Counted from the stretch's first letter, positions 12,679-25,181 are shown. The stretch: DNA of 64,000 nucleotides from Hormiphora californensis (GCA_020137815.1 CM035351.1:8618001-8682000); one strand, 5' to 3'. Translations and numbers: made by a program. The notes: generated by a model not told the origin, from the sequence alone.

Positions 12679-15526
12679 ATGTTGATGTGGTTCCTATTAT
12701 CTCTCGTGCTCTCATTTTGCACCGCGGATGAACAGTTAATTGTCCTATTTACCCGATACCTCTCGTCCCTCGAACGGAGACACACTCTCTCTACGTGTCT
12801 AGCGGACTATACCCACTGGTACACCCTTCCCTCTCCCTTCCCATCCGCACCCAGTGACTTCAGTGTTATATACGTACAGCATGGCCTGGCAACCGTCCAA
12901 CAATCCTTTCTCCCCTCGCCACTAGTACGGGGTATTGTCCCCGATAGACTTATACCAGATGTGCCCCTCAACACCTCTGAACCACCACCATCACCCCCCG
13001 CTCCGGAATCCTCCTCTTATTTGGAGTATTTCCAGAGGAGGGTGCTGAGTGTTAGTACCCGAGGTGTAGCCTCTCTTGTCCATGCTCCCGCCCTATGGAG
13101 ACGAGGGTACAAGGGGTCAGGGGTCAGGGTTGCAGTACTGGATACCGGTCTGCCTTCCAATCACCCTCACTTCTCACACATTGCACAGACTCTTGATTTC
13201 ACAGATGAGTCCGAACCAGCTGATAAGGTCATTGGACATGGGACATTTGTTGCTGGCGTCATAGCTAGTTCCCGGGACTGCCTTGGCATCGCCCCCGAGG
13301 CGGAGATATACTCCCTGAAGGTATTCAACTCCAAACAGATATCACACACATCGTGGTTTCTGGAGGCCTTCAATTATGTCCTTCGAACGGGAATAGACAT
13401 CCTAAATCTGAGTATCGGAGGTCCCGATTTCCGGGATAGTTTGTTCACGGACAAGGTCCGAGAACTAACTGCTAGTGGTATAATTTTCATTCTCTGCAAT
13501 GGGGAACGATGGCCCTCTCTATGGTACCCACAATAACCCAGCCGACCAGCTGGATGTTATCGGTGTGGGAGGGTTGAATTACGATGACGAAATTGCTGAT
13601 TTCTCTTCACGAGGCATGACCCTGTGGGAGTCCCCTGAGGGGTATGGGAGGGTTAAACCTGATATTGTGACCTACGGGACAGCTATCAAGGGATCCAACT
13701 TGAAAGGGTCTTGCCGGTATCTAACAGGAACAAGTGTCTCCTCTCCCGTGGTTACTGGTGTGGTAACTCTACTTGTGGAGGTCATGAAACGAAATGAGCG
13801 GCTCTCCAGACTTACCTCTCCCGCCAGTGTGAAGCAGATCCTAATGGCGTCCGCGGAACGACTTCCTGGACCCAACGTCTTTGAACAAGGTGCGGGGAAG
13901 ATGAACCTAGTTCGAGCATACGAGGTCCTCCAGGGGTATGTTCCCCAGGTGACTGTGTCCCCCTCAAAGATAGACTGGACGGACTGTCCCTACATGTGGC
14001 CCTTCTGCTCCCAGCCACTATACCACACTGCCCTGCCAGTCACCATCAATATGACAGTTGTTAACGGGATGGGTGTCACAGGATCCATTACCACCCCACC
14101 CACTTGGCACCCAAATAGCAGGACTAACGGCTACCTGCTGGGTGTGTCCCTCTCCTACAACACCATCCTGTGGCCCTGGTCTGGGTACCTGGCTGTCAGC
14201 CTCACAGTCAAAGAGGAGGGTGCCCACTTTACTGGGACAGTGGAGGGGTATATCCTCCTGACTGTGACGTCACCAGGAACAGTGGAGGATATCGGGGAGC
14301 AGACTTCCACTGTTAGGATCCCTATCAAGGTGAATGTGATCCCCACTCCGCCGCGATCTAGGAGGATTGTCTGGGATCAGTTTCACTCTATTGGGTATCC
14401 GTATGGACCATTCCCCCGGGACAACCTCAGAGTACAAAACTCACCTCTCGACTGGAATGGAGACCACCCCCACACCAACTTTAACGGGCTGTATAAACAC
14501 CTCCGGGGTAAGGGGTACTTCCTAGAGGTCCTCACTACCCACCTCCTGTGTTACGATGCCGCCCACTATGGGCACCTTCTGATAGTGGACCCCGAGGATG
14601 TTTACCATCGATCAGAGTTGGAGAAGGTGGCACGAGATGTCGATAAGTTGGGTATAAACCTTATTGTCATTGCGGAATGGTACAACGGTCCTCTCATCAA
14701 GCACATCAAGTTTTACGATGAAAATACTCAGGAGTGGGTTGTGTTACAGGGAGCGGGTGCTAATGTCCCGTCCCTCAACAAGTTACTCTCTCCCTGGGGT
14801 GTGGTGCTCAGTGACAAAGTCTGGACGGGAACCTTTGAGTTAGACCCCCGCCATGCCCCAGTTGATTATTCCTCAGGGACTAGTATCCTGGCATTCCCGA
14901 CCGCTGGGAGGACCTTTTCGACAACTCTGGTTGACGAGACCTCTGATATTATCCAGCAGAAGAAGGTCCATGTGGCTGAGGTGCCAGGTGATGGGGGTAT
15001 ATCATGGGGCTAACGGTTCAGTGTCTGTGTTTGGTGATAGTTCGTGTATGGATAACGCAGGACAAACAGCAGACAAGTGTTATTGGATCCTGGATATGAT
15101 GTTACAAATGGGTAACACCAAGACCTACTCGCCCCTTCTATCGCCATGGAAACAGGTGGCATTCAGGGCCCCAAAACTGGCCAGCACGCCCCAGTTTGCC
15201 CAAGTTTTCCAGGATCCTCCGTGTGGATGAGCAGGGTGACACCGTCTACAGAGAGTTGGCAGTTTGCCCGGTACTCCAGGAGGCCGAGGTGAGGGACTAC
15301 AATGACACATCTCCTATCGGGGTGCTGGGTGTGAGGATTGTTGTCTGAGCAGATTGATATCATTGGACCGGAGGAGACTGAGGACGAGGAACAGTTGTTC
15401 AGAATCCTGGGTCTCCTGACCCTTCTCTCCATTGGAGCAGTGGGTGGGTTCCTTTACATGCTGTTCCGAATGTTCCATAGGAAGAGGATTGTGTTGTATA
15501 AGGTTAAAACACGCAGGCGTGTATAG
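12679..15526 (+). CDS. MBTPS1: Site-1 protease (subtilase S8), intronless, split by several single-base frameshifts
   Basis: Signal peptide, RRVL prodomain site, catalytic DTG / HGTFVAG / GTSVSSP, DCPYMWPFCSQP, WDQFHS, DWNGDH, C-terminal TM; frameshifts near 13492, 14987 and 15180-15340. Confidence 0.93.
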
Positions 15527-15700
15527 AGGTGTGTTGCTTTATAGGGGAAGCTTCCGGAAGAGGGGGAGGGACTTTTTCAGGGGTAATTTGTTAACCGTGG
15601 ATTTGTACCGAATAGTAAACTGTTGTACCCAGTGCATGTAAAGGGTATTAAAGAGTGTTCAGAGACATTTATATATGTTTGTGTGTGAGTGCTGTGTGTG

Positions 15701-15702
<2 letters not shown>

Positions 15703-15737
<35 letters not shown>
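15703..15737. repeat. (GT)n microsatellite
   Basis: Direct reading. Confidence 0.9.
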
Positions 15738-15740
<3 letters not shown>

Positions 15741-16395
15741 TAGTTACAGTTTAGTAAAGTGTGTACAACTGTGTACAGGATATTATGTGTGGGCAGTATT
15801 TGTGTGTGTGTATGTGAGACGTGAGTTTCTATTGCGAAGTGTGAAATGTGAGAGGCTCCTGGTACAAGACAGATTTGATGAGCATGATCTTCACATCTCT
15901 CTCTCTCTTTGTAGTAAGTTATTCAATATATTATGTGTTTATTCAATGTCAGTGAGGAAGTTCATTTTTCTCCTTCCGGCTGAACAAGAAGATGGGTTTT
16001 ATTGTAGCAGAACGCTACATGAATGATGTTATTCTAGGCAGAGTTTATGCTGCGAGAATTACAAGAATTAAGAGGTGCTCTCCTACTTTAGAATCTGGTA
16101 TAACAGCTCGGGCTATTTTCAGAGCAGTGTCATTTGAAATATATGCATTTAGGGGTCTTTCTATCTCTCTTTATTTTTACCCGGATTTATTGTGTATAAA
16201 ACCGTTTAAAAGATTTTCTATGCGATGAATATTGTGTTTCGTTATTTCACCCCGTATCGACGTGGGGGGTTTGCGAGTCCTTCAAATCGATCGAACCACT
16301 TCTGCTGAATCCCCAACCACTCGTGTATATGACCCATGTACATGTCCTTCCTAGCGAGTTCTAGTAAATCCCTTACAGTCCCTCTCTCCTAGCAA

Positions 16396-16773
16396 ATGTC
16401 AAGTGTAGTAGTGGCCGGGACACTTCTAATAAATGCAGGCGCTGTATTGAACTTCAGACTGTCTTCCGACAAAGAGGAAACATTTGGGGACGAGGTTAGT
16501 CAATGTCCGGAGGGGAGGGACGAGGTTAGTCAATGTCCGGAGGGGAGGGAGTTGTCAGCTCTCCATGACGGTGGCTTGATATGATGGTGTTCACTTTGGC
16601 AACTTGTTTATTTTAGAGATTCTCCTCCAACCCCAGTCTCACCTTATTTTAGGTACTCTCGACGGGAGATAAAATCAGGGAAAGTCTACAAAATCTTCGA
16701 CAATACAGGATTTTTATTGGAATATGGAATATCCTAATCATGTTTTGTATGCTGCTTATCTTTAGCGGTTGAA
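16396..16773 (+). CDS. SMIM7: Small integral membrane protein 7; exons 16396-16494 and 16653-16773
   Basis: GTLLINAGAVLNFRL..|VLSTGDKIRESLQNLRQYRIFIGIWNILIMFCMLLIFSG*. Confidence 0.9.
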
Positions 16774-17210
16774 GTTTAATAATTAATTGTTTTGTCTGAT
16801 ATTCTACACGGTTTAGCCTGTTATAGAGAGAGTAATTGTTATGTAAAGTTGATGCATTTTATCCGGGTGAGAGAGAGGGTAGTGTGTGGGTTTAACCTTA
16901 CTTCTTGGTTGCCCTGCATTATATACGTGTGTCGCCCAGAATTCTATGTGACGTTATGATGCGGAACGCGCCGCATGTTTTGTCTTAGTTGTTAGCATTT
17001 CACTTTTGCGCGTTTTTACACACACTCGCTCTCAATGACTCTGTGTTGCCTTTCTCCATGTCCCGATCTCCAACAAGTCAGCTACCGAGCTCCAAGTCAT
17101 CCTCGGATGTCGGAGTTGACCCCCTCACCTATCAGCCCCGTATCAACCCATTGGCCCTATCTAACTATGGCTGATCAACTAAAATCTCACCCCTCTTTGT
17201 GTAGCATGTC

Positions 17211-18657
17211 ATGCCGTTTGAAAGTCTATTGACTGAGTACGATCCCCTAAAGGCTGGTAGTATCGATGGCACTGACACAATCCCTCACGACCGCGGTATA
17301 GTCCGTGCCCTAAAATCTACCTACCTGCCCCCGAAACACACTGGCTCCACCAACAGGACTCTATTTGTGGGCCGACTGAATCCGCAGACAACAACACATG
17401 GTCTCACTGAACACTTTAACCATCTATCTGGTGGTCAGGTTACTGATGCTAGGGTGGTAGTGGAGCCGATACTGTTGGAGAGTAGGAGGTAGAGACCCTG
17501 CTATATCGCGCTGGTGTCTAGCTCGATCCTCTTTTCGCGATGGGTTTGAACAAAACAAGCTGGTGTTGTATCCTTTATATTGCTATAAGACACTGGCTAG
17601 AGCCCCCTGTATCCTTCCCCCGCTATCCCCAATGGTCTATCGTCTCTCTCCATCACCTAACCTATTCTCTCTCTGCTTATCCTAGGTACGGGTTCGTAAC
17701 GTTTTCCACGATCGGAGAGGCTGATAGAGCGTATGAGAGTCTCAATGGTTCTACACTGGACGGGGCTAAGATCTTGGTGGATAGAGAATGTGCTACTTCC
17801 ATGGAGGGATGGGTTCCCCGGCGAGAGGGTGAGTCTTGACTATTATTTTGTCAATCTTTTCGCTCATTGTATTCAAGAAAGAATCGCCTTACCGCGGGTA
17901 ACAAGTAAAGTAAGAGATTCTGAACAATTCAAATAAGGGCTGGTGATCCAAACAATTAATCCGTTTTCCTACTGCAGGTGGTGGTTTTGGTGGCGACAGA
18001 CGGTCTGGACAACTACGATTTGGATGCAGAGCTAGACCCTTTAAACCCCCGATAACTTTGCAACACAAAACGTCCCAGCGGCCTGAGTCCAGTTACCGTG
18101 ACAACACGGAGAGATCCTAGGCGATATGATAACCATGAGAGGGTTAACCACGACAATCGCCATGTCCCGGTCTTGTCAGGTCGCGATAAGAGGGAGCAGA
18201 GACCCGATATCGAGGGAAAACGTTGGAAGCGAGATCTCTTTGATGATACTCAGAGAAGGAAGAAATAAGGGAAAGATGGAGAGATGAAAAGGGGGATGAA
18301 GAGAGAGACAGATCGAGAGAGAACAAGAGGGAACGATCGAGGGGCGAAAGGAGAGAAGGATCGAAAGATAAAAAGAGAGATAGATCGAGAGATGAAAAAC
18401 CGGGGGAGGAAAGGAGAGATAGATCGAGGGAGGAAGGGAGAGAAATATCAAGGGGCGAAACTAAAGAAAGATCGAAGGTTGAAAGAAGAGATAAATCGAG
18501 CGATGAAAGAAGAGATAAATCGAGGGAGGGATCACATCGAAAGAAAGGGAAGTCAAAGAAAAAGTATCATCGAGGAGAAAGGTTGGAGAGTACGAGAGAT
18601 GAAAAACAGACCGAAGCTGCAAATGACAGCTTTCAAATTTTAGATGAAGTTTCTTAG
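17211..18657 (+). CDS. SNRNP35: U11/U12 snRNP 35-kDa protein; exons 17211-17488, 17686-17828, 17978-~18657 (RD/RS-rich tail needs frameshifts)
   Basis: EYDPLKAGSIDGTD, RRM (TLFVGRL..SRRYGFVTF), GWVPRREGGGFGG..SGQLRFG. Confidence 0.92.
17568..17617 (+). promoter_or_regulatory. Two U12-type 5' splice-site consensus motifs inside SNRNP35 intron 1
   Basis: GTATCCTTT at 17568-17576 and GTATCCTTC at 17609-17617; function is inferred. Confidence 0.6.
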
Positions 18658-18821
18658 AGTAACTTTTTATGCTTTATTTTTTGCTTCTCTATGATTTTAT
18701 TTTGGGACCATTTATATTTTATTGCTGTTAATCATTTATTGATCATTCATTTCTAGAATTTCTCTGCCGTTTATTAGGATTTTAACCCAAACTCACCAAT
18801 CTTTTTTCAATCTAGCACGTT

Positions 18822-19698
18822 ATGGCATTACGGCGATGTATAACCCCGGCAAGAAGCTGCTGTACCAGGTTTCTTAGCAACACCCCAACCTCTGATCATC
18901 TTGTTAATTTAGAGGATATCCACAAAGAGTGGAAGAATAGTGGACTGCAACATCCACGGTTGGTTGACGAAATATTCGAGTATTTGAGATCAATATATTT
19001 CTTTGATTTTATTTTAACTATCACCCTTTGTCCCCTCAGAGCTCCAGCCAGGCTGAAGTCCCACGGTGCCATGTTTCTTGAGAGGTCTCTAGTTCATGCT
19101 GGATTTGGAAAACAGTTGGGAGATAAAATTAACAGGCTGAAACCGGTGGAAGTGACGTTTGGAGATAAACTAGTGGATTTTGGAACCATTATTACCCCAA
19201 CACAGGCACTTCAACCACCTAAGGTTAGTAACCAAGTCATCTCAATTCTCAGCTGTATCTTTGAGTTTTGTATCTACGTTCTAAACTTCCCCTCAGTTGG
19301 ATCTAACCTCACTGGGTGGTGATGGCAACAACTACACTGTAACCATGACAACCCCTGATAGCCCTGACTGCCGACTACACTGGTGTGTCAGTGGAGATGC
19401 CACCCTTCAGCCCTACATCCCACCCACCCCACTCCGAGGAACAGGCTTCTACCGCTACCTAATATCAGTCTACCAGGGTACAATCAATGAGGGCGAGGAG
19501 GAGGTTATCTCTCTCCCTCTAGTGGGGTGTGTTCATTTCCAGTGTTCCTGGGATGGGAGTGTGGGGAGGACGCTGGCAAGGGATCTGGGTGTTGATGAGA
19601 AGGTGTATGTTGTTCAAAGGAGCAAGAAGATTGAGGAAGATGCTGCTGAGAGACTGTTCAAGAGACGGGAGTGGGAGATGAAGACAGAGTTTATGTGA
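18822..19698 (+). CDS. MRPL38: Mitochondrial ribosomal protein mL38-like (PEBP fold); about 3 exons
   Basis: Presequence-like N-terminus; GTIITPTQALQPPKV; YTVTMTTPD..HW..YIPPTPLRGTGFYRY..FQCSWD. Confidence 0.7.
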
Positions 19699-19999
19699 GA
19701 GATAATGAACTGGTTTATGTATGAGGATAATTCGTGATATATCTTCAAAAGTTTTTATCAGTGTGAGCAAGTAAATGAATGGGTCATATGACATGGAGAG
19801 GGCCTTGGGTATAAAACCTTCAGTTTTTAGTAATTTATTTGCCAAGCAAGCAACTTGTTTTATAACTTCTAACGAGAGTATATATTGCTCTTGCATACTA
19901 TCCAATAATTCCACCACCATCTCTCTCTCTGTTTAGCTTATAATGGAAGTTCAGATGCACTGGAGAAAGATCAAAGACCGGGGATCCCGGATCGATTAT

Positions 20000-21223
20000 A
20001 CCTCGACCAAAACGCGGAGTTTTTACGTCAGCCGACCCGAAACCTGATTAAATTTGGCCACTCGCTGGTCTCGGAGCCTCCAAATATGTCAAAATATGTC
20101 TAAATTGTCATTTGGGGTCATTTAGACCTTTTAATTACATGTAATTACCCTTTAATTGCATGTAATTACATTTTAATTACATGTAATTACTTCCAATTAC
20201 ATTCCAATTACTTCAGCACCTCGAGAGCTTTCGAACGCACCCTAGAACACCTTTCTACTCCTTCTAATTGCCGAGTTCTGTATACCCCTTATTTTGACTG
20301 TTTTTCGCGTCCTACCCCTTATAGGTTTGGGTATGGCCATCGCCACACCCCCTATACGTCGCGGGACCTCGAGACCTTTCCAACGAGCCATAGAACACCT
20401 CTCTACTACTTCAGGGGGCTTCAAAACTTTCACTCTAAAAATATCTATGGTTTTATGGTTTTATGGTTTTATGGTTACCTCGACCAAAACGCGGAGTTTT
20501 TACGTCAGCCGACCCGAAACCGGATTAAATTTGGCCACCCGCTGGTCTCAGGGCCTCCTAATACGTCAAAATATGTTTAAATTATCATTTGGGATCATGC
20601 AGACCTTTTAATTACATGTAATTACCCTTTAATTACATGTAATTACCCTTTAATTACATGTAATTACTTCCAATTACATTCCAATTACTTCAGCACCTCG
20701 AGAGCTTTCGAACGCACCCTAGAACACCTTTCTACTCCTTCCAATTGCCGAGTTCTATATACCCCTTATTTTGACTGTTTTTCGCGTCCTACCCCTTATA
20801 GGTTTGGGTATGGCCATCGCCACACCCCCTATACGTCGCGGGACCTCGAGACCTTTCCAACGAGCCATAGAACACCTCTCTACTACTTCAGGGGGCTTCA
20901 AAACTTTCACTCTAAAAATATCTATGGTTTTATGGTTATGGTTTATGGTTTATGGTTTTTTTTTCATCTGGTATTAAGGGCCTGTCGGCTCGGCCCCGTT
21001 GTTTTAGTTTTAGGGGGGATGTTTTAGGGGGGGATGGGTTGAGTTTGGGTTATATTCGGGTCGGGGGGCCTTGCCAGGCCCCGAATGGTTATGGTTTTTT
21101 TTTCATCTGGTATTAAGGGCCTGTCGGCTCGGCCCCGTTGTTTTAGTTTTAGGGGGGATGTTTTAGGGGGGATGGGTTGAGTTTGGGTTATATTCGGGTC
21201 GGGGGGCCTTGCCAGGCCCCGAA
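20000..21223. repeat. Composite tandem repeat: 2 x 477 bp followed by 2 x 139 bp, with ATGGTT(T)n linkers
   Basis: ACCTCGACCAAAACGCGG at 20000 and 20477; CATCTGGTATTAAGGG at 20965 and 21104. Confidence 0.85.
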
Positions 21224-21550
21224 TACCTCTCACCACTGATCACATAATGGAAGTTCCCCTCTCTCTTCCACCATAAAGCACTACTTCCACTGAAAATGGT
21301 GAGTTATATAACACTGTTTGTCTGTGTGTACGTTGCTGAGAGAGATGGAGCTTGTTTTTAAATCCCAGCTTGTTACCTTCATGCATCCCATATAGTAGCC
21401 GAGAGAGACCGAGTGTGTGTGTGGAGCACACTGATTTCGCTAAGTGTTGTTCGTGTACCGTTCTATATAACATTGCATCAATAAGTTGACCGGGGCCTAT
21501 AATATTTAGTGTTGCTCTTTGTTTCCAGAAACAACAACATCATCAGCAAC

Positions 21551-23857
21551 ATGTCCGGAGATGGAGCGGACCTGGATTCCACCCTACTTCAGGAGTCCAA
21601 TGACATGAATGATATACCAGTGAAGACTTACATGTTCTTTGATGTTCTACTGGTCATCTTTATTCTACTGTCCCTTCTCACCAATATTCTTGGTAAGCTT
21701 CTAGGAAGGAAGGGTATTTTCTTGAATTGCAAACCTTCATCATATTTTGAGTCAAAATTTGACATGCTAAAATCGCTTGCTGGTAGTAATATTCTGTGTT
21801 TCAGTATCGAATATCTACTACCGAAACAGCCACATAATTACCAATCAAGCGATCCTGATAATCCTCCTAACGGTAGCTAATCTGCTGTGGACCATTGGAA
21901 TCTTGCCATTTTCTGTTGCTGCGTCAGTTGTCACTGACCCCGATGATTCTTCTGACGCCCAGGGCCTCTGGATATTCCAGGTATTGTTATTGATTGTCTT
22001 GCGGGGGGGGGGGGGGGGGGGGGGGGGCTCTGGATATTCCAGGTATTGTTGTTGATTGTCAGGGCCTCTGGATATTCCAGGTATTGTTATTGATTGTATC
22101 GACCCTGTTTTACCGTGCCTCTTTTACAAATATGTAACATAACAAGTTATTGAAGTTGAAACTACTTGTGTTTAGAAGTTTCAACTTCAAATTGTATCAC
22201 TTGGAACGATAGAGAGAAACTGCTTATTTTGCTAAATCAAAATGTAACTCCTATTTTTTCTCAGGACCCAGTCTGTGGAATTGTTGGTTTTGGTAACGCC
22301 TTTGTGCCCCTTGGAAAGCTCTTCACCGTCATTCTAATGTTAATGGAGCGCTCCGTGGCCATTCTCCTGGAGACCCAATACAAGCAGATAATGTCTAGAC
22401 CCCTGTTTGCATTTTATATATTGATGATGTGGTTCCTAGCTTTCCTTTGTGGCATCCTCCCTCCCGCCATGGGTTTCTATTCGGAGGTATCCTCTGGCAA
22501 GGGCACCTGCTTCCCACCTCTCAATGTGTACGCTGCACTCATCTTCTACATTGTCTATATAATCGGTAAGGGATATGTGTGCTGCACTCATCTTCTACAT
22601 TGTCTATATAATCGGTAAGGAATATGTGATCATGATCTGTGTTTATATAGTGCGGTTGATCCAAATGAATGAACTTGAAATGACCATTCATTGGTGTTTA
22701 AAATATTCTTAACATCATGTTAGTTTACACATGATCGATGAACAAGCTGATCTCGAGGCCGTGGATTGGACGGCTCCTCATCTCTCTATCTCATTTTTAA
22801 AATCCCATCCCACACCCCCAGGTGGCATTGTCTTCATTCTGCTGATGGCAAAGCGAAGAGAGAGGCAGGTAGATAGTGAGCCCGTACCCCAGCCCTCCCT
22901 TCCTCCTGTCTATACTCCCTCTGTGGAAGTAGTTGGAACTACCCGGAAACAACACGTTACTGCCACTGGAAAGGTACCACACCTGCCATGGATATTACGG
23001 AATTGTATCATTTTGTCATCTTCTACGGCTGGATTTCCGATCCCCGAAATGTTCTCAAACAACTTCCTCAGGTTATTGTTGATTACGAGCGGGGCAAGTT
23101 TGAAACGCTTTCTCCTGCTAGCAGCACTGGCCTAGTGGTGAAGTCCCCCCTGAAGAGGCAGCTCATTGAGTCGGACAAGAACTTCAAGATAAGGGACAAG
23201 GACCTCGTGGACTATGATCTACATACTGGAAAGAGCAAGATGAGCAAGGTATGTAATCCAAAATGTACAGTATCAAAATCACGCTCCTGTTGTCTGCCGG
23301 AGCAAACCCGATCTGAGCACACTAGCACACTATCGCAATGATCAAAATGGAGTATGGCGCCACCAGCGCTCTAGAGTCTAACACCCCTCCTCCCCCTCTT
23401 CAGGAGTATAACGGTGTCCTCGCTCTGTTCACCCTGTACGCCATTACATACCTCCCCTTCGCCATTACCAGTATCTTGGAGGTGCCTATCATTATTGACA
23501 ACATCTCAGTTCTCCTGCTCTACTCTACAATCTGGTTGGATCCTCTGCTACTCCTCCTAACACGGGTCATGCTGAGAAGAGCACTCGACAGAATGTGCTT
23601 CGAGGTAGGTCAACCAGCTCCCCTACACATTCATTCAACATTCATAGCCCCCTTCCATCTATCATGTTGGTTAGAGAGTGAGTCATTTTCCCGAGAGTTC
23701 TAAAATGATTCACTCTGTGTTTCAACAAATAAAAACGCCGAAAATTAACAAAAATCTGTTTCTTAAACTTTTGAACATGAAATAATATGAGTTTATCCTA
23801 TATCAGGTGTGCTGTATTGAACTGCAGTGTTGCCGAATGAAGAAGAGTCCTATTTAA
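21551..23857 (+). CDS. Class A (rhodopsin-like) GPCR; about 6 exons, long third intracellular loop
   Basis: TM1 Asn, TM3 Cys with ERS (DRY-like), TM4 W, TM6 YLP, TM7 WLDPLL; GT-AG exons 21551-21691, 21805-21980, 22265-22565, 22822-23248 (frameshift), 23404-23604, 23807-23857. Confidence 0.75.
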
Positions 23858-24643
23858 CAAGCGATTTGATGCCCACTTCCTTCAGTACATCAATAAGTTC
23901 TCCACTCTGATGTAACTGAATCACGATGTCACAGCCTCCGATAAACTCCCCTCCGACGTAGACCTGCGGAAAAAGTAATGGGATAATCAATGATTTATTG
24001 TTAATCTTCCTGTTTGTAAAGCTAAAGAACCTGTATTAGACAATGCTGTGTGCCATAGGGAACATGGACGATGTATAGACAGACATTCAAAATCTATATA
24101 ATCTCGTTTTGGTGCGTGTTTACTGTTTTAGTTTTCCTCCCAAATTCTCTGTTTTATTTACCTGAGGTATGGTGGGCCAATCGCTGAATTCCTTGATGTT
24201 CTCTCGCAGTGCCTCGTCTGCTAGAACATTGTGGGCAGAGAACTTGTCAACTCCGTGGATGTCTAGCACCTGTATAACGGCCCTACTGAACCCGCACTGG
24301 GCTGGTCCGGTACTCCCTTCATAAATACCTGTTGGGATATCAGCGGGGTGAGAAAAGGGCCTACACTGATACTCAACGTTTCAAACTATACACCTCACTA
24401 CTGGGTGTAATCAGTACTCACTAGACACTCGTACTAACTGTCAGGCCAATGTTCTGACACTTGACAGCTTACTAAAGTAGTACCACTCCTATTCCTAGAT
24501 AAATCATAAAGACATGCGACACTTACCACAACTTTATCCGCAGCCACTTTGGCAGCAATCTCGCTCTTCTCCTCTGCGGACATGGCCATGGAACGGCTGG
24601 CCAACAGCCGGCAAACAGGCCTCTTCAGCAGTCTAGCTAGCAT
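23850..24643 (-). CDS. GLRX5: Monothiol glutaredoxin 5, mitochondrial; 3 exons
   Basis: [22 protein letters not shown]|[13 protein letters not shown]; presequence; one 1-nt frameshift near 24300. Confidence 0.93.
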
Positions 24644-25181
24644 GGCTATAAAGAGGTTGGAGTAGAGCTGTTAAAACAGGGTGGCGTGAGGGGAGGGGAT
24701 GTTGTGTAAATTAGGAGGGGAGAAAGTCACGTGAAAAGAGTGCTGAAAAAGTGCTTTCACTTGAGTTTGTGCGGCGCGCGTTCCTTTCTACACCACGTAT
24801 CGGTGACAGGAACTCATGCCACGGGGGGAGCAACGGCCATCACTCAAAATAAGACACAAATTAATGGAGTAATAAAAACCAGCGCTCAATATAAAGTAAA
24901 GTGACACATTTAGAAGAAAGAACACGATTTTGCTAGTCCTACAAATATTACACACATCTTACACTGGAAATGAAAAGGTAAACACACTGCCTTGTACCGC
25001 ACTGCTACAAAAGTCCCCTGGTTAGTTCCCGTAAACACTTAACAGTCAACATTGTTACACTTTCGTATTTGTTACATCTTTTTGAAGGAACCCTCTCGCC
25101 CAACTCAGTAGTCCGTACACATGATCCTGAATTTGAAACGTCTCCTCACGCCCTATTACAGCGATTGTATCGCTATTCTCC

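Noticed and set aside
12679-15526. Programmed frameshifting or split subtilase genes
   Set aside because: There are no slippery heptamers, and similar indels occur in many unrelated genes, so assembly error is simpler
17058-17174. 38-aa ORF upstream of SNRNP35
   Set aside because: No homology recognised, and it lies upstream of the acceptor at 17204, so it is probably removed from the mRNA
20294-20977. Duplicated MTVFRVLPL ORFs
   Set aside because: They fall inside the 477-bp tandem repeat and have no protein-family features
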